A stretch of DNA of 64,000 bases from assembly GCF_988243305.1 (NCBI RefSeq), contig NZ_OZ547136.1; one strand, given 5' to 3'. Below the pieces are notes generated by a model, which was not told the origin of the DNA, searched no databases, and saw only the letters and a list, made by a program, of their open reading frames with translations. Numbering within the stretch: position 1 is the stretch's first letter; every line of letters begins with the position of its first letter. The position numbers and the translations under genes are program-made. Positions 20,317 to 30,924 of the stretch are shown piece by piece.

Positions 20317-20919
20317 ATGAAGAATAAGGCTGATAACAAAAAAAGGAACTTCCTTACCCATAGTGAAATCGAGTCACTCCTTAAAGCAGCAAATACCGGG
20401 CCTCATGCAGCACGTAATTATTGTCTGACTTTGCTTTGTTTTATTCATGGTTTCCGGGCGAGTGAAATTTGTCGATTGAGGATTTCGGATATTGATCTTA
20501 AGGCAAAGTGTATATATATCCATCGATTAAAAAAAGGCTTTTCAACAACGCACCCGCTATTGAACAAAGAAGTTCAGGCTTTAAAAAACTGGTTGAGTAT
20601 CCGTACTTCTTATCCGCATGCTGAGAGCGAGTGGGTATTTTTATCACGTAAGGGGAATCCGCTTTCTCGGCAACAGTTTTACCATATTATCTCGACTTCT
20701 GGTGGTAATGCCGGGTTGTCACTGGAGATTCATCCGCACATGTTACGCCATTCGTGTGGTTTTGCTTTGGCGAATATGGGAATAGATACGCGACTTATCC
20801 AGGATTATCTTGGGCATCGCAATATTCGTCATACTGTCTGGTATACCGCCAGCAATGCAGGGCGTTTTTACGGCATCTGGGATAGAGCCAGAGGACGACA
20901 GCGTCACGCTGTTTTATAG
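20317..20919 (+). CDS. fimB: type 1 fimbriae switch recombinase FimB (tyrosine recombinase)
   Basis: 200-aa ORF MKNKADNKKRNFLTHSEIESLL...; catalytic motif HPHMLRHSCGFALA...LGHRNIRHTVWYT. Confidence 0.95.
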   Translation: MKNKADNKKRNFLTHSEIESLLKAANTGPHAARNYCLTLLCFIHGFRASEICRLRISDIDLKAKCIYIHRLKKGFSTTHPLLNKEVQALKNWLSIRTSYPHAESEWVFLSRKGNPLSRQQFYHIISTSGGNAGLSLEIHPHMLRHSCGFALANMGIDTRLIQDYLGHRNIRHTVWYTASNAGRFYGIWDRARGRQRHAVL

Positions 20920-21396
20920 AGATAGTTGAGATACCAGGGATGGTGTTAAAAACTACATTATTCTTACGATATATCAAAAATGATTAACCATTTATTAATT
21001 GATGTTATTGTAAGTGTGATTCTTAATTATCATAATAAACATTAAGTTAACCATACCCATACAAAATCCAATGGTTTATGTTCTTCAAAATAAATAAACA
21101 AAATCATTCATAAATTTACACATCACTTAAATTCTCCTGTTTCCACACTTTTTTCTTTATTTTTTAAGCAACTGGAAGTTAATCTTCTGCAATCTATTGT
21201 TATATTGAATCAAATCAATGAAAATAGATGTTGTCACATCAGTGATATTTTATTTTTGTATGATATTTAATGTAATTGACTGATAGCCACATCACTTCGT
21301 GTGTGGTTATCTTTTTATCTATTGGGCTAATTTTGACCGATTGAGGTTTCCTATAGGTATTCATTCAAATATATCTCAGTCAGGAGTACTACTATT

Positions 21397-21993
21397 GTGA
21401 GTAAACGTCGTTATCTTACCGGTAAAGAAGTTCAGGCCATGATGCAGGCGGTTTGTTACGGGGCAACGGGAGCCAGAGATTATTGTCTTATTCTGTTGGC
21501 ATATCGGCATGGGATGCGTATTAGTGAACTGCTTGATCTGCATTATCAGGATCTTGACCTTAATGAAGGTCGAATAAATATTCGCCGACTGAAGAACGGA
21601 TTTTCTACCGTTCACCCGTTACGTTTTGATGAGCGTGAAGCCGTGGAACGCTGGACCCAGGAACGCGCTAACTGGAAAGGCGCTGACCGGACCGACGCTA
21701 TATTTATTTCTCGCCGCGGGAGTCGGCTTTCTCGCCAGCAGGCCTATCGCATTATTCGCGATGCAGGTATTGAAGCTGGAACCGTAACGCAGACTCATCC
21801 TCATATGTTAAGGCATGCTTGCGGTTATGAACTGGCGGAGCGTGGTGCAGATACTCGTTTAATTCAGGATTATCTCGGGCATCGAAATATTCGCCATACT
21901 GTGCGTTATACCGCCAGTAATGCTGCTCGTTTTGCCGGATTATGGGAAAGAAATAATCTCATAAACGAAAAATTAAAAAGAGAAGAGGTTTGA
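21397..21993 (+). CDS. fimE: type 1 fimbriae switch recombinase FimE (ON-to-OFF)
   Basis: 198-aa ORF from GTG 21397 with caggag RBS; paralogous to FimB (HPHMLRHACGYELA...LGHRNIRHTVRYT). Confidence 0.95.
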   Translation: MSKRRYLTGKEVQAMMQAVCYGATGARDYCLILLAYRHGMRISELLDLHYQDLDLNEGRINIRRLKNGFSTVHPLRFDEREAVERWTQERANWKGADRTDAIFISRRGSRLSRQQAYRIIRDAGIEAGTVTQTHPHMLRHACGYELAERGADTRLIQDYLGHRNIRHTVRYTASNAARFAGLWERNNLINEKLKREEV

Positions 21994-22040
21994 TTTAACT
22001 TATTGATAATAAAGTTAAAAAACAAATAAATACAAGACAA

Positions 22041-22049
22041 TTGGGGCCA
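22041..22049. repeat. fimS left inverted repeat (IRL)
   Basis: ttggggcca. Confidence 0.9.
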
Positions 22050-22059
22050 AACTGTCCAT

Positions 22060-22089
22060 ATCATAAATAAGTTACGTATTTTTTCTCAA
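22060..22089 (-). promoter_or_regulatory. fimA promoter inside fimS, here facing away from fimA (phase-OFF)
   Basis: On the minus strand: TTGAGA (22089-22084), 18-bp spacer, TATGAT (22065-22060), next to IRL; no comparable rightward promoter next to IRR. Confidence 0.55.
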
Positions 22090-22345
22090 GCATAAAAATA
22101 TTAAAAAACGACAAAAAGCATCTAACTGTTTGATATGTAAATTATTTCTCTTGTAAATTAATTTCACATCACCTCCGCTATATGTAAAGCTAACGTTTCT
22201 GTGGCTCGACGCATCTTCCTCATTCTTCTCTCCAAAAACCACCTCATGCAATATAAAAATCTATAAATAAAGATAACAATAGAATATTAAGCCAACAAAT
22301 AAACTGAAAAAGTTTGTGCGCGATGCTTTCCTCTATGAGTCAAAA

Positions 22346-22354
22346 TGGCCCCAA
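22346..22354. repeat. fimS right inverted repeat (IRR)
   Basis: tggccccaa, reverse complement of IRL. Confidence 0.9.
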
Positions 22355-22473
22355 ATGTTTCATCTTTTGGGGGAAAACTGTGCAGTGTTGGCAGTCAAAC
22401 TCGTTGACAAAACAAAGTGTACAGAACGACTGCCCATGTCGATTTAGAAATAGTTTTTTTAAAGGAAAGCAGC

Positions 22474-23022
22474 ATGAAAATTAAAACTCTGGCAATCGTT
22501 GTTCTGTCGGCTCTGTCCCTCAGTTCCGCAGCGGCTCTGGCCGATACTACGACGGTAAATGGTGGGACCGTTCACTTTAAAGGGGAAGTTGTTAACGCCG
22601 CTTGCGCAGTTGATGCAGGCTCTGCTGATCAAACCGTTCAGTTAGGGCAGGTTCGTACCGCATCGCTGGCACAAGAAGGAGCAACCAGTTCTGCTGTCGG
22701 TTTTAACATTCAACTGAACGATTGTGACACTACTGTTGCAGATAAAGCTGCTATTGCCTTCCTTGGTACCGCAATTGATGGAACTCATCCTAACGTATTA
22801 GCTTTGCAGAGTTCAGCTGCGGGTAGCGCAACAAAAGTTGGTGTGCAGATCCTGGACAGAACGGGTGCTGCGCTGGCGCTGGACGGTGCGACATTTAGTG
22901 CACAAACAACCCTGAATAACGGAACCAACACCATTCCGTTCCAGGCGCGTTATTTTGCAACCGGTGCCGCAACCCCAGGTGCTGCTAATGCGGATGCGAC
23001 CTTCAAGGTTCAGTATCAATAA
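22474..23022 (+). CDS. fimA: type 1 fimbrial major subunit
   Basis: ORF 22417..23022; [23 protein letters not shown] signal peptide from ATG 22474 after aaaggaaag. Confidence 0.95.
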   Translation: MKIKTLAIVVLSALSLSSAAALADTTTVNGGTVHFKGEVVNAACAVDAGSADQTVQLGQVRTASLAQEGATSSAVGFNIQLNDCDTTVADKAAIAFLGTAIDGTHPNVLALQSSAAGSATKVGVQILDRTGAALALDGATFSAQTTLNNGTNTIPFQARYFATGAATPGAANADATFKVQYQ

Positions 23023-23086
23023 CCTACCCAGGTTCAGGGACGTCATTACGGGCAGGGATGCCCACCCTTGTGCGATAAAAATAACG

Positions 23087-23626
23087 ATGAAAAGGAAGAG
23101 ATTATTTCTATTAGCGTCGTTACTGCCAATGTTTGCTCTGGCCGGAAATAAATGGAATACCACGCTGCCCGGCGGAAATATGCAATTTCAGGGCGTCATT
23201 ATTGCGGAAACTTGCCGAGTTGAAGCTGGTGATAAACAAATGACGGTCAATATGGGGCAAATCAGCAGTAACCGGTTTCATGCGGTAGGGGAAGATAGCG
23301 CACCGGTGCCTTTTGTTATTCATTTACGGGAATGTAGCACGGTGGTGAGTGAACGTGTGGGTGTGGCGTTTCACGGTGTCGCGGATGGTAAAAATCCGGA
23401 TGTGCTTTCCGTGGGAGAGGGGCCAGGGATAGCCACAAATATTGGCGTAGCGTTATTTGATGATGAAGGAAACCTCGTACCGATTAATCGTCCTCCAGCA
23501 AACTGGAAACGGCTTTACTCAGGCTCTACTTCGCTACATTTCATCGCCAAATATCGTGCTACCGGGCGTCGGGTTACTGGCGGCATCGCCAATGCCCAGG
23601 CCTGGTTCTCTTTAACCTATCAGTAA
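23087..23626 (+). CDS. fimI: fimbrial protein FimI
   Basis: ORF 22955..23626; [19 protein letters not shown] from ATG 23087; 179 aa. Confidence 0.9.
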   Translation: MKRKRLFLLASLLPMFALAGNKWNTTLPGGNMQFQGVIIAETCRVEAGDKQMTVNMGQISSNRFHAVGEDSAPVPFVIHLRECSTVVSERVGVAFHGVADGKNPDVLSVGEGPGIATNIGVALFDDEGNLVPINRPPANWKRLYSGSTSLHFIAKYRATGRRVTGGIANAQAWFSLTYQ

Positions 23627-23662
23627 TTGTTCAGCAGATAATGTGATAACAGGAACAGGACA

Positions 23663-24388
23663 GTGAGTAATAAAAACGTCAATGTAAGGAAATCGCAGGA
23701 AATAACATTCTGCTTGCTGGCAGGTATCCTGATGTTCATGGCAATGATGGTTGCCGGACGCGCTGAAGCGGGAGTGGCCTTAGGTGCGACTCGCGTAATT
23801 TATCCGGCAGGGCAAAAACAAGTGCAACTTGCCGTGACAAATAATGATGAAAATAGTACCTATTTAATTCAATCATGGGTGGAAAATGCCGATGGTGTAA
23901 AGGATGGTCGTTTTATCGTGACGCCTCCTCTGTTTGCGATGAAGGGAAAAAGAGAGAATACCTTGCGTATTCTTGATGCAACAAATAACCAATTGCCACA
24001 GGATCGGGAAAGTTTATTCTGGATGAATGTTAAAGCGATTCCGTCAATGGATAAATCAAAATTGACTGAGAATACGCTACAGCTCGCAATTATCAGCCGC
24101 ATTAAACTGTACTATCGCCCGGCTAAATTAGCGTTGCCACCCGATCAGGCCGCAGAAAAATTAAGATTTCGTCGTAGCGCGAATTCTCTGACGCTGATTA
24201 ACCCGACACCCTATTACCTGACGGTAACAGAGTTGAATGCCGGAACCCGAGTTCTTGAAAATGCATTGGTGCCTCCAATGGGCGAAAGCACGGTTAAATT
24301 GCCTTCTGATGCAGGAAGCAATATTACTTACCGAACAATAAATGATTATGGCGCACTTACCCCCAAAATGACGGGCGTAATGGAATAA
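23663..24388 (+). CDS. fimC: periplasmic fimbrial chaperone FimC
   Basis: 241-aa ORF; PapD-like chaperone. Confidence 0.9.
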   Translation: MSNKNVNVRKSQEITFCLLAGILMFMAMMVAGRAEAGVALGATRVIYPAGQKQVQLAVTNNDENSTYLIQSWVENADGVKDGRFIVTPPLFAMKGKRENTLRILDATNNQLPQDRESLFWMNVKAIPSMDKSKLTENTLQLAIISRIKLYYRPAKLALPPDQAAEKLRFRRSANSLTLINPTPYYLTVTELNAGTRVLENALVPPMGESTVKLPSDAGSNITYRTINDYGALTPKMTGVME

Positions 24389-24454
24389 CGCAGGGGGAAT
24401 TTTTCGCCTGAATAAAAAGAATTGACTGCCGGGTGATTTTAAACCGGAGGAATA

Positions 24455-27091
24455 ATGTCATATCTGAATTTAAGACTTTACCAGCGAAACACACAATGCT
24501 TGCATATTCGTAAGCATCTTTTGGCTGGTTTTTTTGTCCGGCTCTTTGTCGCCTGTGCTTTTGCCGCACAGGCACCTTTGTCATCTGCCGAACTCTATTT
24601 TAATCCGCGCTTTTTAGCGGATGATCCCCAGGCTGTGGCCGATTTATCGCGTTTTGAGAATGGGCAAGAATTACCGCCAGGGACGTATCGTGTCGATATC
24701 TATTTGAATAATGGTTATATGGCAACGCGTGATGTCACATTTAATACGGGCGACAGCGAACAAGGGATTGTTCCCTGCCTGACACGCGCGCAACTTGCCA
24801 GTATGGGGCTGAATACGGCTTCTGTCTCCGGTATGAATCTGCTGGCGGATGATGCCTGCGTGCCATTAACCTCAATGATCCATGACGCTACTGCGCATTT
24901 AGATGTTGGTCAGCAGCGACTCAACCTGACGATCCCTCAGGCATTTATGAGTAATCGCGCGCGTGGATATATTCCTCCTGAGTTGTGGGATCCCGGTATT
25001 AATGCCGGATTGCTCAATTATAATTTCAGCGGAAATAGTGTACAGAATCGGATTGGGGGTAACAGCCATTATGCATATTTAAACCTACAGAGTGGGTTAA
25101 ATATTGGTGCGTGGCGTTTACGCGACAATACCACCTGGAGTTATAACAGTAGCGACAGTTCATCAGGTAGCAAAAATAAATGGCAGCATATCAATACCTG
25201 GCTTGAGCGAGACATAATTCCGTTACGTTCCCGGCTGACGCTGGGTGATGGTTATACCCAGGGCGATATTTTCGATGGTATTAACTTTCGCGGCGCACAA
25301 TTGGCCTCAGATGACAATATGTTACCCGATAGCCAAAGAGGATTTGCCCCGGTGATCCACGGTATTGCTCGTGGTACTGCACAGGTCACTATTAAACAAA
25401 ATGGGTATGACATTTATAATAGTACGGTGCCACCGGGGCCTTTTACCATCAACGATATCTATGCCGCAGGTAATAGTGGTGACTTGCAGGTAACGATTAA
25501 AGAGGCTGACGGCAGCACGCAGATCTTTACCGTACCCTATTCGTCAGTCCCGCTTTTGCAACGGGAAGGACATACTCGTTATTCCATTACGGCAGGAGAA
25601 TACCGTAGTGGAAATGCGCAGCAGGAAAAACCTCGCTTTTTCCAGAGTACATTACTCCACGGCCTTCCGGCTGGCTGGACAATATATGGTGGAACGCAAC
25701 TGGCGGATCGTTATCGTGCTTTTAATTTCGGTATCGGGAAAAACATGGGGGCACTGGGCGCTCTGTCTGTGGATATGACGCAGGCTAATTCCACACTTCC
25801 CGATGACAGTCAGCATGACGGACAATCGGTGCGTTTTCTCTATAACAAATCGCTCAATGAATCAGGCACGAATATTCAGTTAGTGGGTTACCGTTATTCG
25901 ACCAGTGGGTATTTTAATTTCGCTGATACAACATACAGTCGAATGAATGGCTACAACATCGAAACACAGGATGGTGTTATTCAGGTTAAGCCGAAATTCA
26001 CCGACTATTACAATCTCGCTTATAACAAACGCGGGAAATTACAACTCACCGTTACTCAGCAACTCGGGCGCACATCAACACTGTATTTGAGTGGTAGCCA
26101 TCAAACTTATTGGGGAACGAGTAATGTCGATGAGCAATTCCAGGCTGGTTTAAATACTGCATTCGAAGATATCAACTGGACGCTCAGCTATAGCCTGACG
26201 AAAAACGCCTGGCAAAAAGGACGGGATCAGATGTTAGCGCTTAACGTCAATATTCCTTTCAGCCACTGGCTGCGTTCTGACAGTAAATCTCAGTGGCGAC
26301 ATGCCAGTGCCAGCTACAGCATGTCACACGATCTCAACGGTCGGATGACCAATCTGGCCGGTGTATACGGTACGTTGCTGGAAGACAACAACCTCAGCTA
26401 TAGCGTGCAAACCGGCTATGCCGGGGGAGGCGATGGTAATAGCGGAAGCACAGGCTACGCCACGCTGAATTATCGCGGTGGTTACGGCAATGCCAACATC
26501 GGTTACAGCCATAGCGATGATATTAAGCAGCTCTATTATGGAGTCAGCGGTGGGGTACTGGCTCATGCCAATGGCGTAACGCTGGGGCAGCCGTTAAACG
26601 ATACGGTGGTGCTTGTTAAAGCGCCTGGCGCAAAAGATGCAAAAGTCGAAAACCAGACGGGGGTGCGTACCGACTGGCGCGGTTATGCCGTGCTGCCTTA
26701 TGCCACTGAATATCGGGAAAACAGAGTAGCGCTGGATACCAATACCCTGGCTGATAACGTCGATTTAGATAACGCGGTCGCTAACGTTGTTCCCACTCGT
26801 GGGGCGATAGTGCGAGCAGAGTTTAAAGCGCGCGTTGGGATAAAACTGCTCATGACGCTAACCCACAATAATAAGCCGCTGCCGTTTGGGGCGATGGTGA
26901 CATCAGAGAGTAGCCAGAGTAGCGGCATTGTTGCGGATAATGGTCAGGTTTACCTCAGCGGAATGCCTTTAGCGGGAAAAGTTCAGGTGAAATGGGGAGA
27001 AGAGGAAAATGCTCACTGTGTCGCCAATTATCAACTGCCACCAGAGAGTCAGCAGCAGTTATTAACCCAGCTATCAGCTGAATGTCGTTAA
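24455..27091 (+). CDS. fimD: outer membrane fimbrial usher FimD
   Basis: 878-aa ORF MSYLNLRLYQRNTQCLHIRKH...; usher-size protein. Confidence 0.95.
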   Translation: MSYLNLRLYQRNTQCLHIRKHLLAGFFVRLFVACAFAAQAPLSSAELYFNPRFLADDPQAVADLSRFENGQELPPGTYRVDIYLNNGYMATRDVTFNTGDSEQGIVPCLTRAQLASMGLNTASVSGMNLLADDACVPLTSMIHDATAHLDVGQQRLNLTIPQAFMSNRARGYIPPELWDPGINAGLLNYNFSGNSVQNRIGGNSHYAYLNLQSGLNIGAWRLRDNTTWSYNSSDSSSGSKNKWQHINTWLERDIIPLRSRLTLGDGYTQGDIFDGINFRGAQLASDDNMLPDSQRGFAPVIHGIARGTAQVTIKQNGYDIYNSTVPPGPFTINDIYAAGNSGDLQVTIKEADGSTQIFTVPYSSVPLLQREGHTRYSITAGEYRSGNAQQEKPRFFQSTLLHGLPAGWTIYGGTQLADRYRAFNFGIGKNMGALGALSVDMTQANSTLPDDSQHDGQSVRFLYNKSLNESGTNIQLVGYRYSTSGYFNFADTTYSRMNGYNIETQDGVIQVKPKFTDYYNLAYNKRGKLQLTVTQQLGRTSTLYLSGSHQTYWGTSNVDEQFQAGLNTAFEDINWTLSYSLTKNAWQKGRDQMLALNVNIPFSHWLRSDSKSQWRHASASYSMSHDLNGRMTNLAGVYGTLLEDNNLSYSVQTGYAGGGDGNSGSTGYATLNYRGGYGNANIGYSHSDDIKQLYYGVSGGVLAHANGVTLGQPLNDTVVLVKAPGAKDAKVENQTGVRTDWRGYAVLPYATEYRENRVALDTNTLADNVDLDNAVANVVPTRGAIVRAEFKARVGIKLLMTLTHNNKPLPFGAMVTSESSQSSGIVADNGQVYLSGMPLAGKVQVKWGEEENAHCVANYQLPPESQQQLLTQLSAECR

Positions 27092-27100
27092 GGGGGCGTG

Positions 27101-27631
27101 ATGAGAAACAAACCTTTTTATCTTCTGTGCGCTTTTTTGTGGCTGGCGGTAAGTCACGCTTTGGCTGCGGATAGCACGATTACTATCCGCGGCTATGTCA
27201 GAGATAACGGCTGTAGTGTGGCCGCTGAATCAACCAATTTTACTGTTGATCTGATGGAAAACGCGGCGAAGCAATTTAACAACATTGGCGCGACGACTCC
27301 TGTCGTTCCATTTCGTATTTTGCTGTCACCCTGTGGTAATGCCGTTTCTGCCGTAAAAGTTGGGTTTACCGGTGTTGCAGATAGCCACAATGCCAACCTG
27401 CTTGCACTTGAAAATACGGTGTCAGCGGCTGCGGGACTGGGAATACAGCTTCTGAATGAGCAACAAAATCAGATACCCCTTAATGCCCCATCGTCCGCGA
27501 TTTCGTGGACGACCCTGACGCCGGGTAAACCAAATACGCTGAATTTTTACGCCCGGCTAATGGCGACACAGGTGCCTGTCACTGCAGGGCATATCAATGC
27601 CACGGCTACCTTCACTCTTGAATATCAGTAA
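27101..27631 (+). CDS. fimF: fimbrial minor subunit FimF
   Basis: ORF 27098..27631; ATG at 27101 ([22 protein letters not shown]). Confidence 0.9.
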   Translation: MRNKPFYLLCAFLWLAVSHALAADSTITIRGYVRDNGCSVAAESTNFTVDLMENAAKQFNNIGATTPVVPFRILLSPCGNAVSAVKVGFTGVADSHNANLLALENTVSAAAGLGIQLLNEQQNQIPLNAPSSAISWTTLTPGKPNTLNFYARLMATQVPVTAGHINATATFTLEYQ

Positions 27632-27643
27632 CTGGAGATGCTC

Positions 27644-28147
27644 ATGAAATGGCGCAAACGTGGGTATTTATTGGCGGCAATATTGGCGCTCGCAAGTGCG
27701 ACGATACAGGCAGCCGATGTCACCATCACGGTGAACGGTAAGGTCGTCGCCAAACCGTGCACGGTTTCCACCACCAATGCCACGGTAGATCTCGGCGATC
27801 TTTATTCTTTCAGTCTGATGTCTGCCGGGGCGGCATCGGCCTGGCATGATGTTGCGCTTGAGTTGACTAATTGTCCGGTGGGAACGTCGAGGGTCACTGC
27901 CAGCTTCAGCGGGGCAGCCGACGGTACCGGATATTATAAAAATCAGGGGACCGCGCAAAACATCCAGTTAGAGCTACAGGATGACAGTGGCAACACATTG
28001 AATACTGGCGCAGCCAAAACAGTTCAGGTGGATGATTCCTCACAATCAGCGCACTTCCCGTTACAGGTCAGAGCATTGACGGTAAATGGCAGAGCCACTC
28101 AGGGAACCATTCAGGCAGTGATTAGCATCACCTATACCTACAGCTGA
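27644..28147 (+). CDS. fimG: fimbrial minor subunit FimG
   Basis: ORF 27638..28147; ATG 27644 (MKWRKRGYLLAAILALASA) with ggag 6 nt upstream. Confidence 0.9.
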   Translation: MKWRKRGYLLAAILALASATIQAADVTITVNGKVVAKPCTVSTTNATVDLGDLYSFSLMSAGAASAWHDVALELTNCPVGTSRVTASFSGAADGTGYYKNQGTAQNIQLELQDDSGNTLNTGAAKTVQVDDSSQSAHFPLQVRALTVNGRATQGTIQAVISITYTYS

Positions 28148-28166
28148 ACCCGAAGAGATGATTGTA

Positions 28167-29069
28167 ATGAAACGAGTTATTACCCTGTTTGCTGTACTGC
28201 TGATGGGCTGGTCGGTAAATGCCTGGTCATTCGCCTGTAAAACCGCCAATGGCACCGCTATCCCTATTGGCGGTGGCAGCGCCAATGTTTATGTAAACCT
28301 TGCGCCCGCCGTGAATGTGGGGCAAAACCTGGTCGTAGATCTTTCGACGCAAATCTTTTGCCATAACGATTACCCGGAAACCATTACAGACTATGTCACA
28401 CTGCAACGAGGCTCGGCTTACGGCGGCGTGTTATCTAATTTTTCCGGGACCGTAAAATATAGTGGCAGTAGCTATCCATTTCCGACCACCAGCGAAACGC
28501 CGCGCGTTGTTTATAATTCGAGAACGGATAAGCCGTGGCCGGTGGCGCTTTATTTGACGCCTGTGAGCAGTGCGGGCGGGGTGGCGATTAAAGCTGGCTC
28601 ATTAATTGCCGTGCTAATTTTGCGACAGACCAACAACTATAACAGCGATGATTTCCAGTTTGTGTGGAATATTTACGCCAATAATGATGTGGTGGTGCCT
28701 ACTGGCGGCTGTGATGTTTCTGCTCGTGATGTCACCGTTACTCTGCCGGACTACCCTGGTTCAGTGCCAATTCCTCTTACCGTTTATTGTGCGAAAAGCC
28801 AAAACCTGGGGTATTACCTCTCCGGCACAACCGCAGATGCGGGCAACTCGATTTTCACCAATACCGCGTCGTTTTCACCAGCGCAGGGCGTCGGCGTACA
28901 GTTGACGCGCAACGGTACGATTATTCCAGCGAATAACACGGTATCGTTAGGAGCAGTAGGGACTTCGGCGGTAAGTCTGGGATTAACGGCAAATTACGCA
29001 CGTACCGGAGGGCAGGTGACCGCAGGGAATGTGCAATCGATTATTGGCGTGACTTTTGTTTATCAATAA
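28167..29069 (+). CDS. fimH: mannose-specific fimbrial tip adhesin FimH
   Basis: ORF 28158..29069; MKRVITLFAVLLMGWSVNAWS signal peptide then FACKTANGTAIPIGGG; 300 aa. Confidence 0.95.
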   Translation: MKRVITLFAVLLMGWSVNAWSFACKTANGTAIPIGGGSANVYVNLAPAVNVGQNLVVDLSTQIFCHNDYPETITDYVTLQRGSAYGGVLSNFSGTVKYSGSSYPFPTTSETPRVVYNSRTDKPWPVALYLTPVSSAGGVAIKAGSLIAVLILRQTNNYNSDDFQFVWNIYANNDVVVPTGGCDVSARDVTVTLPDYPGSVPIPLTVYCAKSQNLGYYLSGTTADAGNSIFTNTASFSPAQGVGVQLTRNGTIIPANNTVSLGAVGTSAVSLGLTANYARTGGQVTAGNVQSIIGVTFVYQ

Positions 29070-29139
29070 AGAAATCACAGGGCATTGCTAATGCAGGTAC
29101 GCAATATTACCTGAAGCTAAAACCTGCACGTTAGCCCTT

Positions 29140-29177
29140 TGTAGGCCAGATAAGACGCGTCAGCGTCGCATCTGGCA
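29140..29177. repeat. REP-like palindromic element
   Basis: gtaggccagataagacgcgtcagcgtcgcatctggcat, typical REP composition between convergent fimH and gntP. Confidence 0.55.
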
Positions 29178-29209
29178 TAAACAAAGCGCACTTTACCGAC
29201 AATCCGAAC

Positions 29210-29243
29210 AGAGCCTGCCAATGGCAGGCTCTGGTGTTCTTTT
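29210..29243. terminator. hairpin terminator between convergent fimH and gntP
   Basis: gagcctgcc...ggcaggctc stem followed by tggtgttctttt. Confidence 0.5.
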
Positions 29244-30585
29244 ACGCTACCATGCTAATAATCAGCACAATAATCAGCCCAACCACGGAGTTGACCAGCT
29301 CCAGCAGACCCCAGGTTTTCAACGTGTCTTTTACTGACAGGTCAAAGTAACCTTTGAACAACCAGAAAGATGCATCGTTAATGTGGGTGAGGGTGTTGGA
29401 ACCCGCAGCCGTCGCCAGTACCAGCAGCGCCGGATTCACGCCAACCAGCTGACCAGTTGCTGGATCAAGGATTGCTGCACTGATAATCCCGGCAGCGGTC
29501 ATCGCCGAAACGACACCCTGACCCGTCGCCAGACGAATCAGTACGGTGATCAGCCATGCCATGATGTAGGGCGAGATATTGCCGTGGGACATCAACATGC
29601 CGATGGTGTCGCCAATGCCGGTGTCGATGATGGTCTGCTTCAGCACGCCACCCGCACCGATGATCAGAATCACCATTGCAATACTCTTCACCGCGCTTTC
29701 AAAAGCGTTCATCACCCACTGCATGTCATGACCACGCGCGGTACCAAAGAGTACGAATGCAACCACCATCGCAATAAACATCGCAATCGGCGAGGAACCA
29801 ATAAAGTTAACCACTTCCCAGGCAGGGGTATCTTTTACCAGCCAGATATTGGCGATGGTGGTGGAGATCATAATGATCGCTGGGATCAGCGGCACCAGAA
29901 TCGAAACGCCGAAAGAGGGCAGATTATTCATATCAACCGGTTGATCTGCTTTCAGGAATGATGGCGTTGGGCGCTCAAGATTGCCGAGGAACTTCGGCAG
30001 GATCAGACCTGCGCAGATGACACTTGGGATCGTCACCAGTACGCCATAGATATAAACCATCCCCATATCTGCGCCATAAGCATTCACCAGCGCCACCGGA
30101 CCCGGCTGCGGTGGGAACAGTGAATGTGCGGTAGTGGCAGCTGCTACTGCCGGGATCGCCAGTTTCAGGAACGGAATTTTAGCTTCGGCGGCAATAACAA
30201 TAACCAGCGGCGCTAACATGATAAAGGCCACTTCATAGAACATCGCCAGACCGAAAATCAGGCCGATGATAATCACCGACAGCTGTACATAGCGCAGACC
30301 GAGACGCGCCAGCAGCGTATGTGCTATCTGGTGAGCCGCGCCGGAGTCGACCATCAATTTACCGATGACCGCACCGAACACCACGATGATAGCCAGTTCC
30401 CCCAGCGTGTTGCCGAAGCCCGCTTTCATGGTGTGCAGCAGCGACATCAAATCCATGCCCGCCAGCATCCCGACGGACAGCGCCGCCACCAACAAAGCCA
30501 CCATTGAATTGATTTTGAACTTCAAATTCAGTACCAGCATCAGACCAATGCCGAATACCACCCAGAGAATGTTAAGCACATGCAT
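29242..30585 (-). CDS. gntP: gluconate/fructuronate transporter (GntP family)
   Basis: 447-aa polytopic membrane ORF; recognised GntP sequence. Confidence 0.9.
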
Positions 30586-30642
30586 AACGTTTTACCTTAC
30601 CTGGTTGAACCGTTGTTATTTTGGGCGACATGTTATGTAAAT

Positions 30643-30758
30643 TGGTCAACCATTGTTGCGATGAATGTCACATCCTCTGATCAATAACCATCGATTACCC
30701 TTTGCTGCAATTTGCAGCAACAACCAGGAGAGTGAAATTCTTGTGATGTGGTTAACCA
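30643..30758. promoter_or_regulatory. uxuA control region with two TGGT-N2-ACCA palindromes (candidate UxuR/ExuR operators)
   Basis: tggtcaacca at 30643-30652 and the perfect palindrome tggttaacca at 30749-30758, followed by ttgaca at 30774-30779. Confidence 0.45.
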
Positions 30759-30924
30759 ATTTTAGATTTCGGGTTGACATGTCTTACCAAAAGGTAGAAC
30801 TTATACGCCATCTCATCCGATGCAACGCCACGGCTGCGGTCTGGTTGTTCATCCGGATACCTAAACAACTCCGGGGCTCCACGTCTCTTTGCTGTGGAAC
30901 CCACTATGTGAAAGAGGAAAAATC

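Larger units (their letters stand above)
22041..22354. promoter_or_regulatory. fimS: fimS invertible switch (314 bp including 9-bp inverted repeats)
   Basis: ttggggcca at 22041-22049 and its exact reverse complement tggccccaa at 22346-22354; 314 bp end to end, between fimE and fimA. Confidence 0.9.

Noticed and set aside
29383-30640. Plus-strand ORFs inside gntP (29383..29961 and others)
   Set aside because: Antisense to the transporter gene; His/Arg-rich artefactual frames
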